Shown: positions 9,101 through 17,673, numbered from the stretch's first letter. The stretch: DNA of 19,261 nt from Chthonomonadales bacterium (GCA_038217285.1 JBBQPO010000098.1:1-19261), one strand, 5' to 3'. A program made the numbers and translations. The notes: a model not told the origin generated them from the sequence alone.

Positions 9101-9274
9101 CAGTTTGGCCCACTCCTTTGGCTGCGTCTCTCGAATGAAGGAGAGCACAGCGTCCGGGAAGATCGCGCGTTCACGGTCGAAGCCGTCTCGTGCAATCTGC
9201 ACGTAGCCATTCTGCAGCAGATGCGCTTCGATGACGGTTTCGAAAGAGGCTTCGGTGTGACGGCCAGTGCTCAT
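6170..9274 (-). CDS. hsdR: Type I restriction endonuclease subunit R (1034 aa)
   Basis: Nuclease motif IDITLTLNGIPVVTLELKN, Walker A HSAGSGKS, DEAH box, FTATPK, QTGFDQP and QTLSRLNR. Start set at ATG 9274 (MSTGRHTEASFE), which overlaps the upstream TGA as ATGA, rather than the track's 9427. Confidence 0.96.
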   Translation of the reverse strand: MSTGRHTEASFETVIEAHLLQNGYVQIARDGFDRERAIFPDAVLSFIRETQPKEWAKLEALHGDKTGEQILGDLCKWMDANGSLATLRHGFKCYGRTLHAAYFKAAHELNPELEARYAANCLGLIRQLHFSPRSEKSIDITLTLNGIPVVTLELKNPLTGQWVEDARRQYRKDRDPREPIFEFKRRTLVHFAVDTESVLMTTRLAGTATHFLPFNKGCEGGAGNPADPAGRTYRTAYLWEEVLQRDSLLDLLSRFIHLQIDEKRDELGRKVKAESMIFPRYHQLQAVRKLVDAARCEGVGHNYLVEHSAGSGKSNTIGWLTHRLASLHDASNRRVFDSVIVVTDRVVLDQQLQDTIYQFEHKRGVVQRIDESSRQLAEALENAVPVIITTLQKFPFVSRQLLKMAEERGTDGTGILATRRCAVIIDEAHSSQGGETATDLKEVLGGERLLEQAKKRAVEEGRENLEELFRSMAKRGRQANLSFFAFTATPKYKTLAVFGRSKQPAHLYTMRQAIEEGFILDVLKNYTTYATYYKLLKACEEDPNVERKKAAQALARFMKLHPHNIAQKTEIMVEHFQAVTRHKIGGRAKAMVVTGSRLEAVRYKQYFDRYIRTKGYAIRSLVAFSGTVQDDKLRDVTYTEVEMNLGISEKELPERFASEDYQVLLVAEKYQTGFDQPLLHTMFVDRRLAGIQAVQTLSRLNRIHPFKEDTFVLDFVNDRDEIRSAFKTYYEGAEMGEEVDPVRMYQIKGELDASGIYLDEEVDRFCAVYFKPKQRQSAMDHQAMNVALDPAVSRFMERQKDAEEEAELWRGNAQAFLNLYAFLSQVIPYQDSDLERLYIFLRHLGPKLPRRKSGPAYQFDDDVRLEYYRLQKISEGSISLQDGDAQRLDGPTEVGSGIVREQPVRLSLLIDLVNERFGTDFNQADQLFFDQIVEAAMADVELQQAAAVNPGDKFELVFRNLLERLFAERIDQNEEIFVRFMNDTPFQKIVTSWMASEAYRRLRTETVMEDPNARPAVPPQIRTADRSPEEPYSV

Positions 9275-9918
9275 TTGGATCTCTTCTCCAGCTTCTGCTG
9301 AAGCCACCAGACTGCTACCTGTGAGAAAGGATCGAGAGGGATTTTCTCCTTGAACTGCTTCTGCTTTGTCTCGACCCGTGTTTTTGGAATCCGATCTTGC
9401 TGTTTTGCTTTTTCCATCTTCCACCATTCAAGAACAGAATCGAGGACCATTTTGCGATTTTGTTTAAAGAACGGAAGGTTGAGGTTTAGCACCTTGTTTA
9501 ACTGGGCGTCAAATTCAGGATCATCTGACGTGACCGTACCGTCTGGATCGTAACGAATACGTGTTTCGATGTGATGAATAGAATCGGATGGATTCCACTT
9601 AAGACTCAGATTCGCCTTTTTCGTATCGCAATGCTGCAATGTTGGCGGTTGACCCTGACCGCCGAGGCAGGCTCCCAGCAGGTTGGCGTAGTCAAGCTGT
9701 TCTCCTGGGTAGTGATCCTGGCAGTGCCAGTGCTCGACCTTCATGGCGTCAAATTCCGCATGGATGCGCCCCATGCAATAACAGCAGATTCCTCGCTGGT
9801 CGGTCACTAATGCTTTCCGAAGCGAATCCTTGTCGCTATAGTTCTCATAGTCGCACTGTGGCGTCTGGCGGTGTACCAGCAGACTGGGCGGCTCCGCGCC
9901 CTTGGCTATCTCTCTCAT
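9271..9918 (-). CDS. HNH endonuclease, TIGR02646/PtuB-like (Septu or retron effector family)
   Basis: LRKALVTDQRGICCYC, KVEHWHCQ, LDYANLLGAC, HCDTKK and VLNLN motifs. Directly downstream of an ABC ATPase via an ATGA overlap. Confidence 0.88.
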   Translation of the reverse strand: MREIAKGAEPPSLLVHRQTPQCDYENYSDKDSLRKALVTDQRGICCYCMGRIHAEFDAMKVEHWHCQDHYPGEQLDYANLLGACLGGQGQPPTLQHCDTKKANLSLKWNPSDSIHHIETRIRYDPDGTVTSDDPEFDAQLNKVLNLNLPFFKQNRKMVLDSVLEWWKMEKAKQQDRIPKTRVETKQKQFKEKIPLDPFSQVAVWWLQQKLEKRSK

Positions 9919-11234
9919 TCATCGTCCTCAAGGAAATCCAGGAGCGTTCTTATTCGAGTCACTTCGGGATCATTTTCTCCGAGGTATGCAATCAGATTCC
10001 CCAATCTGCTGCGCGCACTATCGTATCGCTTTTTTCCAATCTCCTGCGATATGTTTGAGAGGAGGTCTTCAATCTCGATAGCGCGAGGATCCGTGTCCAT
10101 GATCTCTTCCAGTATTCGGCTGGAATCAACCCCAAACGAATAGTTAGGAGAGTAGACTCGTCCCTCCGTTATGATGCTGATGCGGTCGTGTTTAACCTCT
10201 CCGATGACCTGCGGCGAATGTGTCGTCGCGATGAACTGGCAACCTGGAAAAGCGGCGGTGAGGTTACGAACAATTTGCCGTTGCCATTTCGGGTGCAGGT
10301 GTAAATCGACTTCGTCAATGAGTACCACTGCATTGCCGTCCGTCAAGGGGTCTTCCAGAGACGGATTGGCTTGTGATAAGCGTCGCGCAATGTCGAGAAC
10401 AAGAGCCAACACGCTGCGCTCACCGTCCGACAGTTGATCGACGCCAAGCGTCACCTCGCCCTGGTCAATCACGAGGCGCGACGCGTCGTCGTCGCTCGGC
10501 CGAAGATTAGTGTAAGCCGGTAGGAAGCGCGCTGCCGCAGACTGGAGCACTTCCAGATGCCGTGCCGCGGCTCTCTGTTCTGTGCTGAGAGCCGCCTGTA
10601 CACGCATCCAGTCCGCGAATTGTGCAATGTACATCGGCCGAGAAAGGAGCGCCTCGGCATAAGCAGAAGATTTCCCCCCTGCCGTCTTGGACTTCGACGG
10701 GCCGGCATAAGAAGCTATGGAACGGTTGGTGGAAAAATAGATACAGTTTGGAGTCACCGCCTCCGAGCCTGCTGCCTTCTTGAGTTGACTTTGCGATGGT
10801 GTAAAGGTGTCGGAATCAGATACTCCGTGCGATGCTTCCAGATCGCGGAGGAGATTGCGAGCTCTCTCACGCAGTCGTTCGGAGTTTCGGATCTCAAGCC
10901 GAAGGCGGTCAATATTCTCCTGGTCGTCGGGCGCAAAGGTTTCCCGCCATTGGCGTCGGGTGAAGCGGAACTCGTCGCGCCCGATAATGAACGACAGCTC
11001 CGCATCCAGGAACGGTAACCCGGTTCGTATATCGTCTACTGCAAACGACATCGCCTTCGCGCGCGACTCCGTTATGGCGGGCAATATCCGAGAGAGACAG
11101 ATGCGTAGTGCATCCAGGACCGTGCTCTTCCCTACGCCGTTTACGCCGACGATCAGGTTGAAGCCTGGCTGGAATGTGAACTCGGCTGTCTCCATTGCGC
11201 GGACGTTGGCGAGTTTGAGGGAGGCAACTCTCAT
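9915..11234 (-). CDS. ABC-family (AAA_21-type) ATPase, PtuA-like
   Basis: Walker A GVNGVGKST, signature LSDGERS, Walker B/D-loop VLIDEVDLHLHPKWQ, H-loop IATTHSPQ, and C-terminal FGVDSSRILEEIM. No transmembrane partner nearby. Confidence 0.9.
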   Translation of the reverse strand: MRVASLKLANVRAMETAEFTFQPGFNLIVGVNGVGKSTVLDALRICLSRILPAITESRAKAMSFAVDDIRTGLPFLDAELSFIIGRDEFRFTRRQWRETFAPDDQENIDRLRLEIRNSERLRERARNLLRDLEASHGVSDSDTFTPSQSQLKKAAGSEAVTPNCIYFSTNRSIASYAGPSKSKTAGGKSSAYAEALLSRPMYIAQFADWMRVQAALSTEQRAAARHLEVLQSAAARFLPAYTNLRPSDDDASRLVIDQGEVTLGVDQLSDGERSVLALVLDIARRLSQANPSLEDPLTDGNAVVLIDEVDLHLHPKWQRQIVRNLTAAFPGCQFIATTHSPQVIGEVKHDRISIITEGRVYSPNYSFGVDSSRILEEIMDTDPRAIEIEDLLSNISQEIGKKRYDSARSRLGNLIAYLGENDPEVTRIRTLLDFLEDDE

Positions 11235-12469
11235 GCTGCGCTCCCCACATCGATTTGGCCCGTCACAGCCGCAGCAATGAGGGCCGCGCGTCGCTCCTTG
11301 AGCAGAACGATGGTACGCTCCATTGCCGACCGGAGCGTATCCAATTTAGTGGTCTCCCTGGCTACGTATGCAACAATCTCGCGTTGGGTTTCGACGGGTG
11401 GCAACGGCAACTCGATTTCTCGGAAACCCTCCCAGTAGAGCCGTAAGCGATCCCAGACTATGCCGTGCGACCTCCTTGCACACTCCGCACTAAACATGTC
11501 TGTTCGGAACAGCAAACCCGCGTATTCCGACAACATCGACCCGGTCGGTTCCGCAACGACATAGTCTGGACTGACCAAACCGTCTTGTGGAGCGACGCCA
11601 ACCGCGCCCTGCCACATCCGCATCTTGTTAAATGCAATGTCCCCTTGCCGTGCGACCTTGTATACGTTGAAATCTGAAGCGGTGCTCTCGATCCTATCCT
11701 CTGAAAACTCACGCAAAACAACCCCCGAGTTTATCGACACCTCAAACAGAGGCAGACCCCCTTCTCCCCGATCGTCCCGCTCACGAAAGAGCCAGGCGGC
11801 ACGCCTCGTCTGCCAGTTCACCGGGATTTTGCCGAGCCAGCGTACCTCCGAGTCATGGAGGGAAGTATCTTGGGCTATACCGTGTGTTACAGTGTGGGTA
11901 ATGAGCGTACGACGTTTCTCGGCCAGAAGCCCAAGTACGCGTTCCCTCGCCGCTATCAGTGCATCCAGCCGCGATGTTTCGCGATCAAGGTAGTCGGCTA
12001 GGGCGCTTTGTTGTGCGAGCGGTGGAAGAGGGAAGCGAATTTTCAATATGCTAAACGACGAAAGGTGTTTGACAGTCGTCGAATAAGTGTACTCATTGAT
12101 TAACTTTAACGGTGCAGGCAAACAGTAGCAGAGAAAGCGCACATCTATATTGTCTGTTGGGCGCACACAACACACGCGCTGGTTTAGCAGAGCCTTGCTG
12201 CCTTTCCACCGTGCAACGTTAAAGTCACCGTCCATGCCAACGAGAATCTCTCCGCCCTCTAGGAGTGCGTCCGGCACTACCTCTCCTGAATAGCGAACCT
12301 CGGTATCTTCACTCGATATATCGCGAATCCGAACTAGTGGAACTCCATTTTCGGCGTTGAATAGATCCGAATCGAATGGATACCCATTGATGACAGCAGC
12401 GTGATCTCTGAGTCTTGCAATAGCCCAAGTCGGCGGAAGCGCAGATCTGATCCACTCTGCGGCAATCAC
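11231..12469 (-). CDS. hsdS: Type I restriction-modification specificity subunit S (two TRDs)
   Basis: Two conserved spacer helices (PLPPLAQQSALADYLDRET..ITHTVTHG and PLPPVETQREIVAYVARET..IAAAVTGQ) with a central DSEVRWLGKIPVNW. GTG start overlaps the hsdM TGA. Confidence 0.95.
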   Translation of the reverse strand: MIAAEWIRSALPPTWAIARLRDHAAVINGYPFDSDLFNAENGVPLVRIRDISSEDTEVRYSGEVVPDALLEGGEILVGMDGDFNVARWKGSKALLNQRVCCVRPTDNIDVRFLCYCLPAPLKLINEYTYSTTVKHLSSFSILKIRFPLPPLAQQSALADYLDRETSRLDALIAARERVLGLLAEKRRTLITHTVTHGIAQDTSLHDSEVRWLGKIPVNWQTRRAAWLFRERDDRGEGGLPLFEVSINSGVVLREFSEDRIESTASDFNVYKVARQGDIAFNKMRMWQGAVGVAPQDGLVSPDYVVAEPTGSMLSEYAGLLFRTDMFSAECARRSHGIVWDRLRLYWEGFREIELPLPPVETQREIVAYVARETTKLDTLRSAMERTIVLLKERRAALIAAAVTGQIDVGSAA

Positions 12470-14454
12470 GCCGTCACCTCTCGCAAAAGCCTCATGATTT
12501 CCTCCTCGGCCTGCTTCAATTCAGCGTCGATCTCCTCCAATAGCCTAGGTGGAGTGTATTTGTAGAAATGGCGGTTGAAATTAACCTCATAGCCGACTTT
12601 ATCCTTGCTTCGATCCATCCAGGCGTCAGGCACATAGGGGCGCACCTCACGGTCGAAGTAGGCGTCGATGTCCTCGTTGAGCGGCACGTTCTCGAAGTCG
12701 CGCAGGTCGGTATCTGACTCATATCCAGAGTCGCGTCCCTCCTTTGCGACCCTCTCGGCCTCGGGGTCCTTCTGCGTGAAGACACTACGGAAGAGACTCT
12801 TCTCTGCCTTCTTCCAACTGGATTGGCGCACACGCAATAGCTCCTCAATGTCGTGCCAGATAGAATTCCAGTTGCACTGTGGTTCGCGCCCAAGCTCTCT
12901 ATCGATGGCTTGTATGTCGTCGAGCAGGTGGGGGCAGGCGTCGAGGAATCGGGCCTTGTCCTCCAGGGTCATCTGATAGCGCAAGCGAAGCGGGCGCTCC
13001 ACCGTCACACGGGTGTATCCAAAGTCGTCATTGTCGAAAACTATGGACATCTCGCCGTTCGTTTGACATCCATATAGCTGGACGATCTCGGAGATCTGAC
13101 TTGAGGTAAAGTGACGACGTTTGTCGCCTAGACTGCGTTTGCTCTCTTCGCTGCCGCCCGCAGTCCACACGTCCCGCGCGTCGATGAGTTGAATCTTGCC
13201 CTTCCGCTGCTTCTCCTTGCGGTTGGTGACAATCCAGATGTAGGTGCCGATGCCGGTGTTGTAGAACATCTGCTCCGGCAGCGCGATGATCGCCTCAAGC
13301 CGGTCTTTCTCGATGATCCATTTCCGGATTTCGCTTTCGCCGGAGCCCGCGCCACCGGTAAATAGCGGCGAGCCACTAAAGACGATAGCAAGCCGTGACC
13401 CGTGTTTGTGTTCCGAGGGGCGCACATCCTCGAACTTGTCAACCATGTGCTGTAGGAAGAGCAGGGAGCCGTCGTTGACTCGCGGCAGTCCTGCGCCAAA
13501 GCGACCGTCTGGCCCCTCTTTTTCGTGCTCCCGCTGGATCACCTTCTGCTGCTTCTTCCAATCCACGCCGAAGGGGGGATTGGTGAGGAAATAGTCGAAG
13601 GAGTCGTCTTTGAACTGGTCGTCGATTAAACTGTCACCGAAGCGGACGTTGTTGCTGCCTCCATTGTGGCTCACCTCTTTCATGAGCATGTCCGAGGCGG
13701 CGGTGGCGAAGGCGCGCTTATTGTAGTCCTGGCCGTACACAAAGAGCTTCGCCGCGTCATGGTGCTCGCGCATGTAGTTCTGCGCTTCCGCCAGCATGCC
13801 GCCCGTGCCGCAGGCCGGATCCAGCAGTTTGCGTACGGTACCGGGGGTGGCGAGCAGTTCGTCATCGTGAATGAACAGGATACTCACCATCAACCGAATG
13901 ACTTCGCGCGGTGTAAAGTGGTCGCCTGCGGTTTCGTTGGCCAACTCGTTGAAACGCCGGATGAGGTTCTCAAAGATGCTTCCCATTTGTTCGTTCGGAA
14001 CTGTTTTTGGGTGCAAGTCTACATCGCTGAATTTGGAGACGACGAGGTAGAGGATATCTGCCTCGCACATCCGCTCGATCTCATTCTCGAACTCAAAGAA
14101 ATCGAAGATGTCGCGGACATTCTTCGAAAAGCCTTTGATATAGCTGACGAGATGCTTGTCGATGTTGTCGGCATCACCCTTCAGTTTCTCGAAGTCGAGC
14201 GGGGAGTGATTGTGAAAGTTCTGGCCTGTGATCTGGTTGAGTCTGGCGTCGAGAGCGCTGCCTTCGATTCTCCCATCCTTGAGCCGTTCATGCTCCGCCA
14301 GAACCCTGGCTTTGGTCGGTGCGAGCACGCAGTCAAAGCGACGAAGCACCGTCATAGGCAGCATCACGCGTTCGTACTGCGGTGGGCGGTAGGGGCCGCG
14401 CAAAAGGTCGGCGATCTGCCAGATGAGATTCGCGAAATAGTTGTGGTCAGGCAT
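12466..14454 (-). CDS. hsdM: Type I restriction-modification N6-adenine methyltransferase subunit M
   Basis: IWQIADLLRG, AGDHFTPREV, SAM-binding LDPACGTGGML, catalytic NPPF and MFYNTGIGTYIW. Confidence 0.97.
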   Translation of the reverse strand: MPDHNYFANLIWQIADLLRGPYRPPQYERVMLPMTVLRRFDCVLAPTKARVLAEHERLKDGRIEGSALDARLNQITGQNFHNHSPLDFEKLKGDADNIDKHLVSYIKGFSKNVRDIFDFFEFENEIERMCEADILYLVVSKFSDVDLHPKTVPNEQMGSIFENLIRRFNELANETAGDHFTPREVIRLMVSILFIHDDELLATPGTVRKLLDPACGTGGMLAEAQNYMREHHDAAKLFVYGQDYNKRAFATAASDMLMKEVSHNGGSNNVRFGDSLIDDQFKDDSFDYFLTNPPFGVDWKKQQKVIQREHEKEGPDGRFGAGLPRVNDGSLLFLQHMVDKFEDVRPSEHKHGSRLAIVFSGSPLFTGGAGSGESEIRKWIIEKDRLEAIIALPEQMFYNTGIGTYIWIVTNRKEKQRKGKIQLIDARDVWTAGGSEESKRSLGDKRRHFTSSQISEIVQLYGCQTNGEMSIVFDNDDFGYTRVTVERPLRLRYQMTLEDKARFLDACPHLLDDIQAIDRELGREPQCNWNSIWHDIEELLRVRQSSWKKAEKSLFRSVFTQKDPEAERVAKEGRDSGYESDTDLRDFENVPLNEDIDAYFDREVRPYVPDAWMDRSKDKVGYEVNFNRHFYKYTPPRLLEEIDAELKQAEEEIMRLLREVTA

Positions 14455-14748
14455 CGAGCGGACTATCTTCCTTCGTAGTGGGAACGACCGAGCCCTGCGA
14501 AGGGCCGATTACCTTGTTAAATAAAGCAAGCCCCTTCGCGCCGTTCGCTCGTATTCGCAAAGGAGAGATGGCTGGGGGCTGACGAAGTTAGCGATACTGG
14601 CGGGTAACATTGGTTCCTATTGAGTGACAGGTGACCACTCACATTTCGACATATCGGAGCGGTTCTCCTGCCGTTTATAGTGGGACAGGGAAGCCTTCGG
14701 AGAGGGAATATAGACGGTGTTCCTTTAGCAGTGAACGTTGCCGTTCGA

Positions 14749-15135
14749 TCACGGCGTTTTTTCTCTATCACCCGTGGACAGTAACGCTTCGATTTTCTCC
14801 AGGAGGCGGGGGAGTTCGATGGGTTTGGTGTCGTAGTCGTCGCAGCCCGCTTCGAGGGCTCTGTCACGATCGCTCGACATGGCGTGCGCCGTGAGGGCGA
14901 TGATGGGGATGTGCTGTGTGGCGGACGCCGCTTTCAGGCGTCGGGTCGCCTCCCAGCCGTCGAGGATAGGCAGGCTCATGTCCATCAGGATCAGATCCGG
15001 CGCTTCGCTCTCCGCCAGAGAGAGGCCGCCTTCGCCGTCGAGCGCGATCACCACTTCGTAGCCTCGGCGCAGCAGGCGGCGCGACAGCATGTCGCGGTTC
15101 ATCTCGTTGTCTTCCACCAGGAGGATCTTAGACAT
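14749..15135 (-). CDS. Single-domain response regulator (CheY/DivK-like receiver)
   Basis: [22 protein letters not shown] (phospho-Asp), IIALTAHA and TKP. Start overlaps the kinase 3' end by 8 nt. Confidence 0.93.
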   Translation of the reverse strand: MSKILLVEDNEMNRDMLSRRLLRRGYEVVIALDGEGGLSLAESEAPDLILMDMSLPILDGWEATRRLKAASATQHIPIIALTAHAMSSDRDRALEAGCDDYDTKPIELPRLLEKIEALLSTGDREKTP

Positions 15136-17542
15136 GGCGGCTCGCCTTTGCGCTTTTATCCACCCCGATGAGCACCGGATGGCCGTGGCGTTCCGCCGTC
15201 ACGGTCCAGCCCACCAACAGGTCGCGCACCTGATGCATCAGATCGGCGCGTGAGCGTCCGGCTTTATCGAGGATCGCGTGAACGTTGCCGTTGAGACGAA
15301 TCAGCTCCTCCGAGGTGAGGTCTTTGGCGGTCAGCACGACCATGGGAATCGAGCGCCACTCGGCATGCTTGTGCAGCTCGGCTGCGAACGCGAAGCCGTC
15401 CATTTCGGGCATCATCAAGTCGAGCAGAATCAGCGCAGGCCGGTTTTCGGCGACGCGCTCCAGGGCGACGCGCCCGTTTTCGGCCTCACTCACCGCCCAG
15501 CCGGATTTCTCCAGCATATAGCGCATCATCCGGCGCGTCGTGGTATCGTCGTCCACCAGCAGAACCGGGCAGGGCGGGTGCTCACAACTGTACTTCTTCA
15601 AGATCTGCGCCAGGCGCACACGATCCGTTGGTTTGGTAATATAGTCGGCCGCGCCGAGCGCATACCCCCGCTTCGCATCGTCCATCATCGTCAGCATAAT
15701 GACGGGGATGTGGCATACTGATGAGTCGGTCTTGAGCGTGGAGAGAACGGTCCAGCCGTCCATACCGTGCATCATCACGTCGAGGATAATGGCAACCGGC
15801 ATAAGCCTTCGCGCCAGAAGAAGCCCTTCCTCGCCGTCGCTCGCGGTCTGGACGGCGAAGCCCTCGCTGATGAGAAAACGACGCATCAAGTCACGCTGAT
15901 TCAGATCGTCGTCGATGACCAGCACACTGCCCAGGAGCGGCAACTCCTCGATGTCCGCGCGCACACCCGGTGCGATTGCGATCTGGGATCTGGCAGGAGC
16001 GATGACCTCATTTTCCAGGTGCTCCAGTTCGCTGACAACGGCGGGTACTTTTATGGTGAAGGTGCTGCTTTCGCCCGGCACACTGTTGACGGTTACATCG
16101 CCGCCCATCAACTGGCAGAAGCGGCGTGTCAGCGCCAGCCCCAGGCCCGATCCGCCGAACTTGCGTGTGGTGGAGGTATCCGCCTGCGTGAACGTCTGAA
16201 ACAGCTTCACCAGTTGCTCCGGGGTCATACCGATGCCCGTATCTGATACGCGGAACCAGATCCATTCGCGATCCTCCATGATTTCACGAGAGATCTCCAG
16301 GGAGATGGCGCCCTCTTTCGTGAACTTGGCCGCGTTCGACAGCAGATTGAACAGGCTCTGCCGCGTTTTGGTGATGTCGGCGCGCATCGTGCCAAGATCG
16401 GCGGGGCAGTGTACGCTCAGCGTGTTGGCGTTGGCGCGCACCAGGGGCCGAATGGTCTCCACGACATCCCTGATCAACATGGGGATGCTGAAGGTTTCCA
16501 GATAGAGATCCATCTTGCCGGCTTCGATCTTCGAGAGGTCGAGGATGTCGTTGATGAGCGACAGCAGATTCTTGCCCGCGCTATGAATTTTTTGCAGGTC
16601 GGGCAGGAACGCCTGTACGCCCTGGTCGGCGGCCTCCTCCTGCAGCATCTCCGAGTAGCCCAGGATGGCGTTGAGCGGGGTGCGCAGTTCATGGCTCATG
16701 TTGGCCAGAAACAGGCTTTTGGTGCGATTGGCGACCTCGGCGGTCTCCTTGGCGCGGGCTATCTCTTCCTCGGCGCGGCGGCGCTCGGTCACATCTTCCA
16801 TTGCCAGCACCAATAGCTCGCCGTGGTTGCCCGCCTTGAGCTGGCGCGCATTGAGCAGCATCACCCGACGCCCGATGACCGGGAAGGTGTGCACCAGCTC
16901 GAAGTCGTTGAAGACCGAGCTCTTGGGGACGATATCTTCGAGCAGAGTCCGCAGCGCCGGAATATCCCACTGACCGTTGCCCAGCTCATAGATGAGACGG
17001 TTCTCGGTCTCTTCAAGGGAGACATGGAAGGTCTGATAAAAAGCACGGTTGGCGGAATGCACACGCAGAGTCGTATCGAGCATCAAAAGCGGCTCGCGTA
17101 CCGTATCGACGATATTCTGGGAGAAGGTTTCGATCGCCTTCAAGTCTGCCGCCGCTCGCGCCACCTCTTCCTCGGCGCGGCGGCGCTCGGTCACATCTTC
17201 CATCGCCAGCACCAGCAGCTCACCGTGGTTGCCTGCCTTGAGCTTGCGCGCATTGAGCAGCATCACCCGACGCCCGATGGCCGGGAAGGTATGCACCAGC
17301 TCGAAATTGTTGAAGACTGAGCTCTTGGGCACCACATCTTCGAGAAGTCTGCGCAGATCGGGAATGTCCCACTGACCGTTGCCCAGCTCGTAGATGAGGT
17401 GGTGCTCGGTCTCTTCGGCAGAGACTTGAAAGGTCTGATAGAAGGCGCGATTGGCGGAGTGGACCCGCAGGGTGGTATCGAGCATCAGCAGCGGCTCACG
17501 CACCGTATCGACAATGTCTTGAGCGTAGGTTTCGAGTGGCAT
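15128..17542 (-). CDS. Cytoplasmic hybrid sensor histidine kinase PAS-PAS-HisKA-HATPase-REC-REC
   Basis: H-box [15 protein letters not shown]-box [11 protein letters not shown]1 DTGIGM and G2 GGSGLGL. Two receivers ([15 protein letters not shown]) and two near-identical PAS repeats. No hydrophobic TM segment seen. Confidence 0.95.
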   Translation of the reverse strand: MPLETYAQDIVDTVREPLLMLDTTLRVHSANRAFYQTFQVSAEETEHHLIYELGNGQWDIPDLRRLLEDVVPKSSVFNNFELVHTFPAIGRRVMLLNARKLKAGNHGELLVLAMEDVTERRRAEEEVARAAADLKAIETFSQNIVDTVREPLLMLDTTLRVHSANRAFYQTFHVSLEETENRLIYELGNGQWDIPALRTLLEDIVPKSSVFNDFELVHTFPVIGRRVMLLNARQLKAGNHGELLVLAMEDVTERRRAEEEIARAKETAEVANRTKSLFLANMSHELRTPLNAILGYSEMLQEEAADQGVQAFLPDLQKIHSAGKNLLSLINDILDLSKIEAGKMDLYLETFSIPMLIRDVVETIRPLVRANANTLSVHCPADLGTMRADITKTRQSLFNLLSNAAKFTKEGAISLEISREIMEDREWIWFRVSDTGIGMTPEQLVKLFQTFTQADTSTTRKFGGSGLGLALTRRFCQLMGGDVTVNSVPGESSTFTIKVPAVVSELEHLENEVIAPARSQIAIAPGVRADIEELPLLGSVLVIDDDLNQRDLMRRFLISEGFAVQTASDGEEGLLLARRLMPVAIILDVMMHGMDGWTVLSTLKTDSSVCHIPVIMLTMMDDAKRGYALGAADYITKPTDRVRLAQILKKYSCEHPPCPVLLVDDDTTTRRMMRYMLEKSGWAVSEAENGRVALERVAENRPALILLDLMMPEMDGFAFAAELHKHAEWRSIPMVVLTAKDLTSEELIRLNGNVHAILDKAGRSRADLMHQVRDLLVGWTVTAERHGHPVLIGVDKSAKASRHV
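16751..17533 (-). repeat. Tandem intragenic duplication of a PAS domain (period 402 nt)
   Basis: Copies at 17153-17533 and 16751-17131; 113 of 127 residues identical by manual alignment. Confidence 0.95.
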
Positions 17543-17673
17543 GGAGTATTCTCTATTCTGCTTCCTCTGTTACCGGGTGCAGTGCGTTTCCCTCGTAGTG
17601 TACCACACTCCTCTATCAAAAGTTGTAGTCATGACAGTCATCGAAATGTACCCGCCAGCATCCTTATATAGGG

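Noticed and set aside
7988-9301. 437-aa plus-strand ORF and other ORFs antisense to hsdR, hsdM and the kinase
   Set aside because: Codon-register shadows of well-supported genes; no independent evidence.
9275-9427. 51-aa N-terminal extension of HsdR in the ORF track
   Set aside because: It overlaps the HNH gene; ATG 9274 gives a typical HsdR start and an ATGA coupling.
6065-14738. TGAACGT at 6065-6071 and 14732-14738 as a target-site duplication of the RM island
   Set aside because: Only 7 bp, and it also occurs at 3794 and 15279; no integrase, transposase or tRNA nearby.
14455-14748. Retron msr-msd ncRNA upstream of the operon (the HNH family is often labelled retron-associated)
   Set aside because: No reverse transcriptase in the window and only short hairpins (GCCCT-GCGA-AGGGC, TGAGTG..CACTCA); no long a1/a2 inverted repeats seen.
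16751-17533. PAS repeats as a DGR template/variable repeat pair
   Set aside because: Both copies are in-frame coding, differences are largely synonymous and not adenine-specific, and no RT is present.
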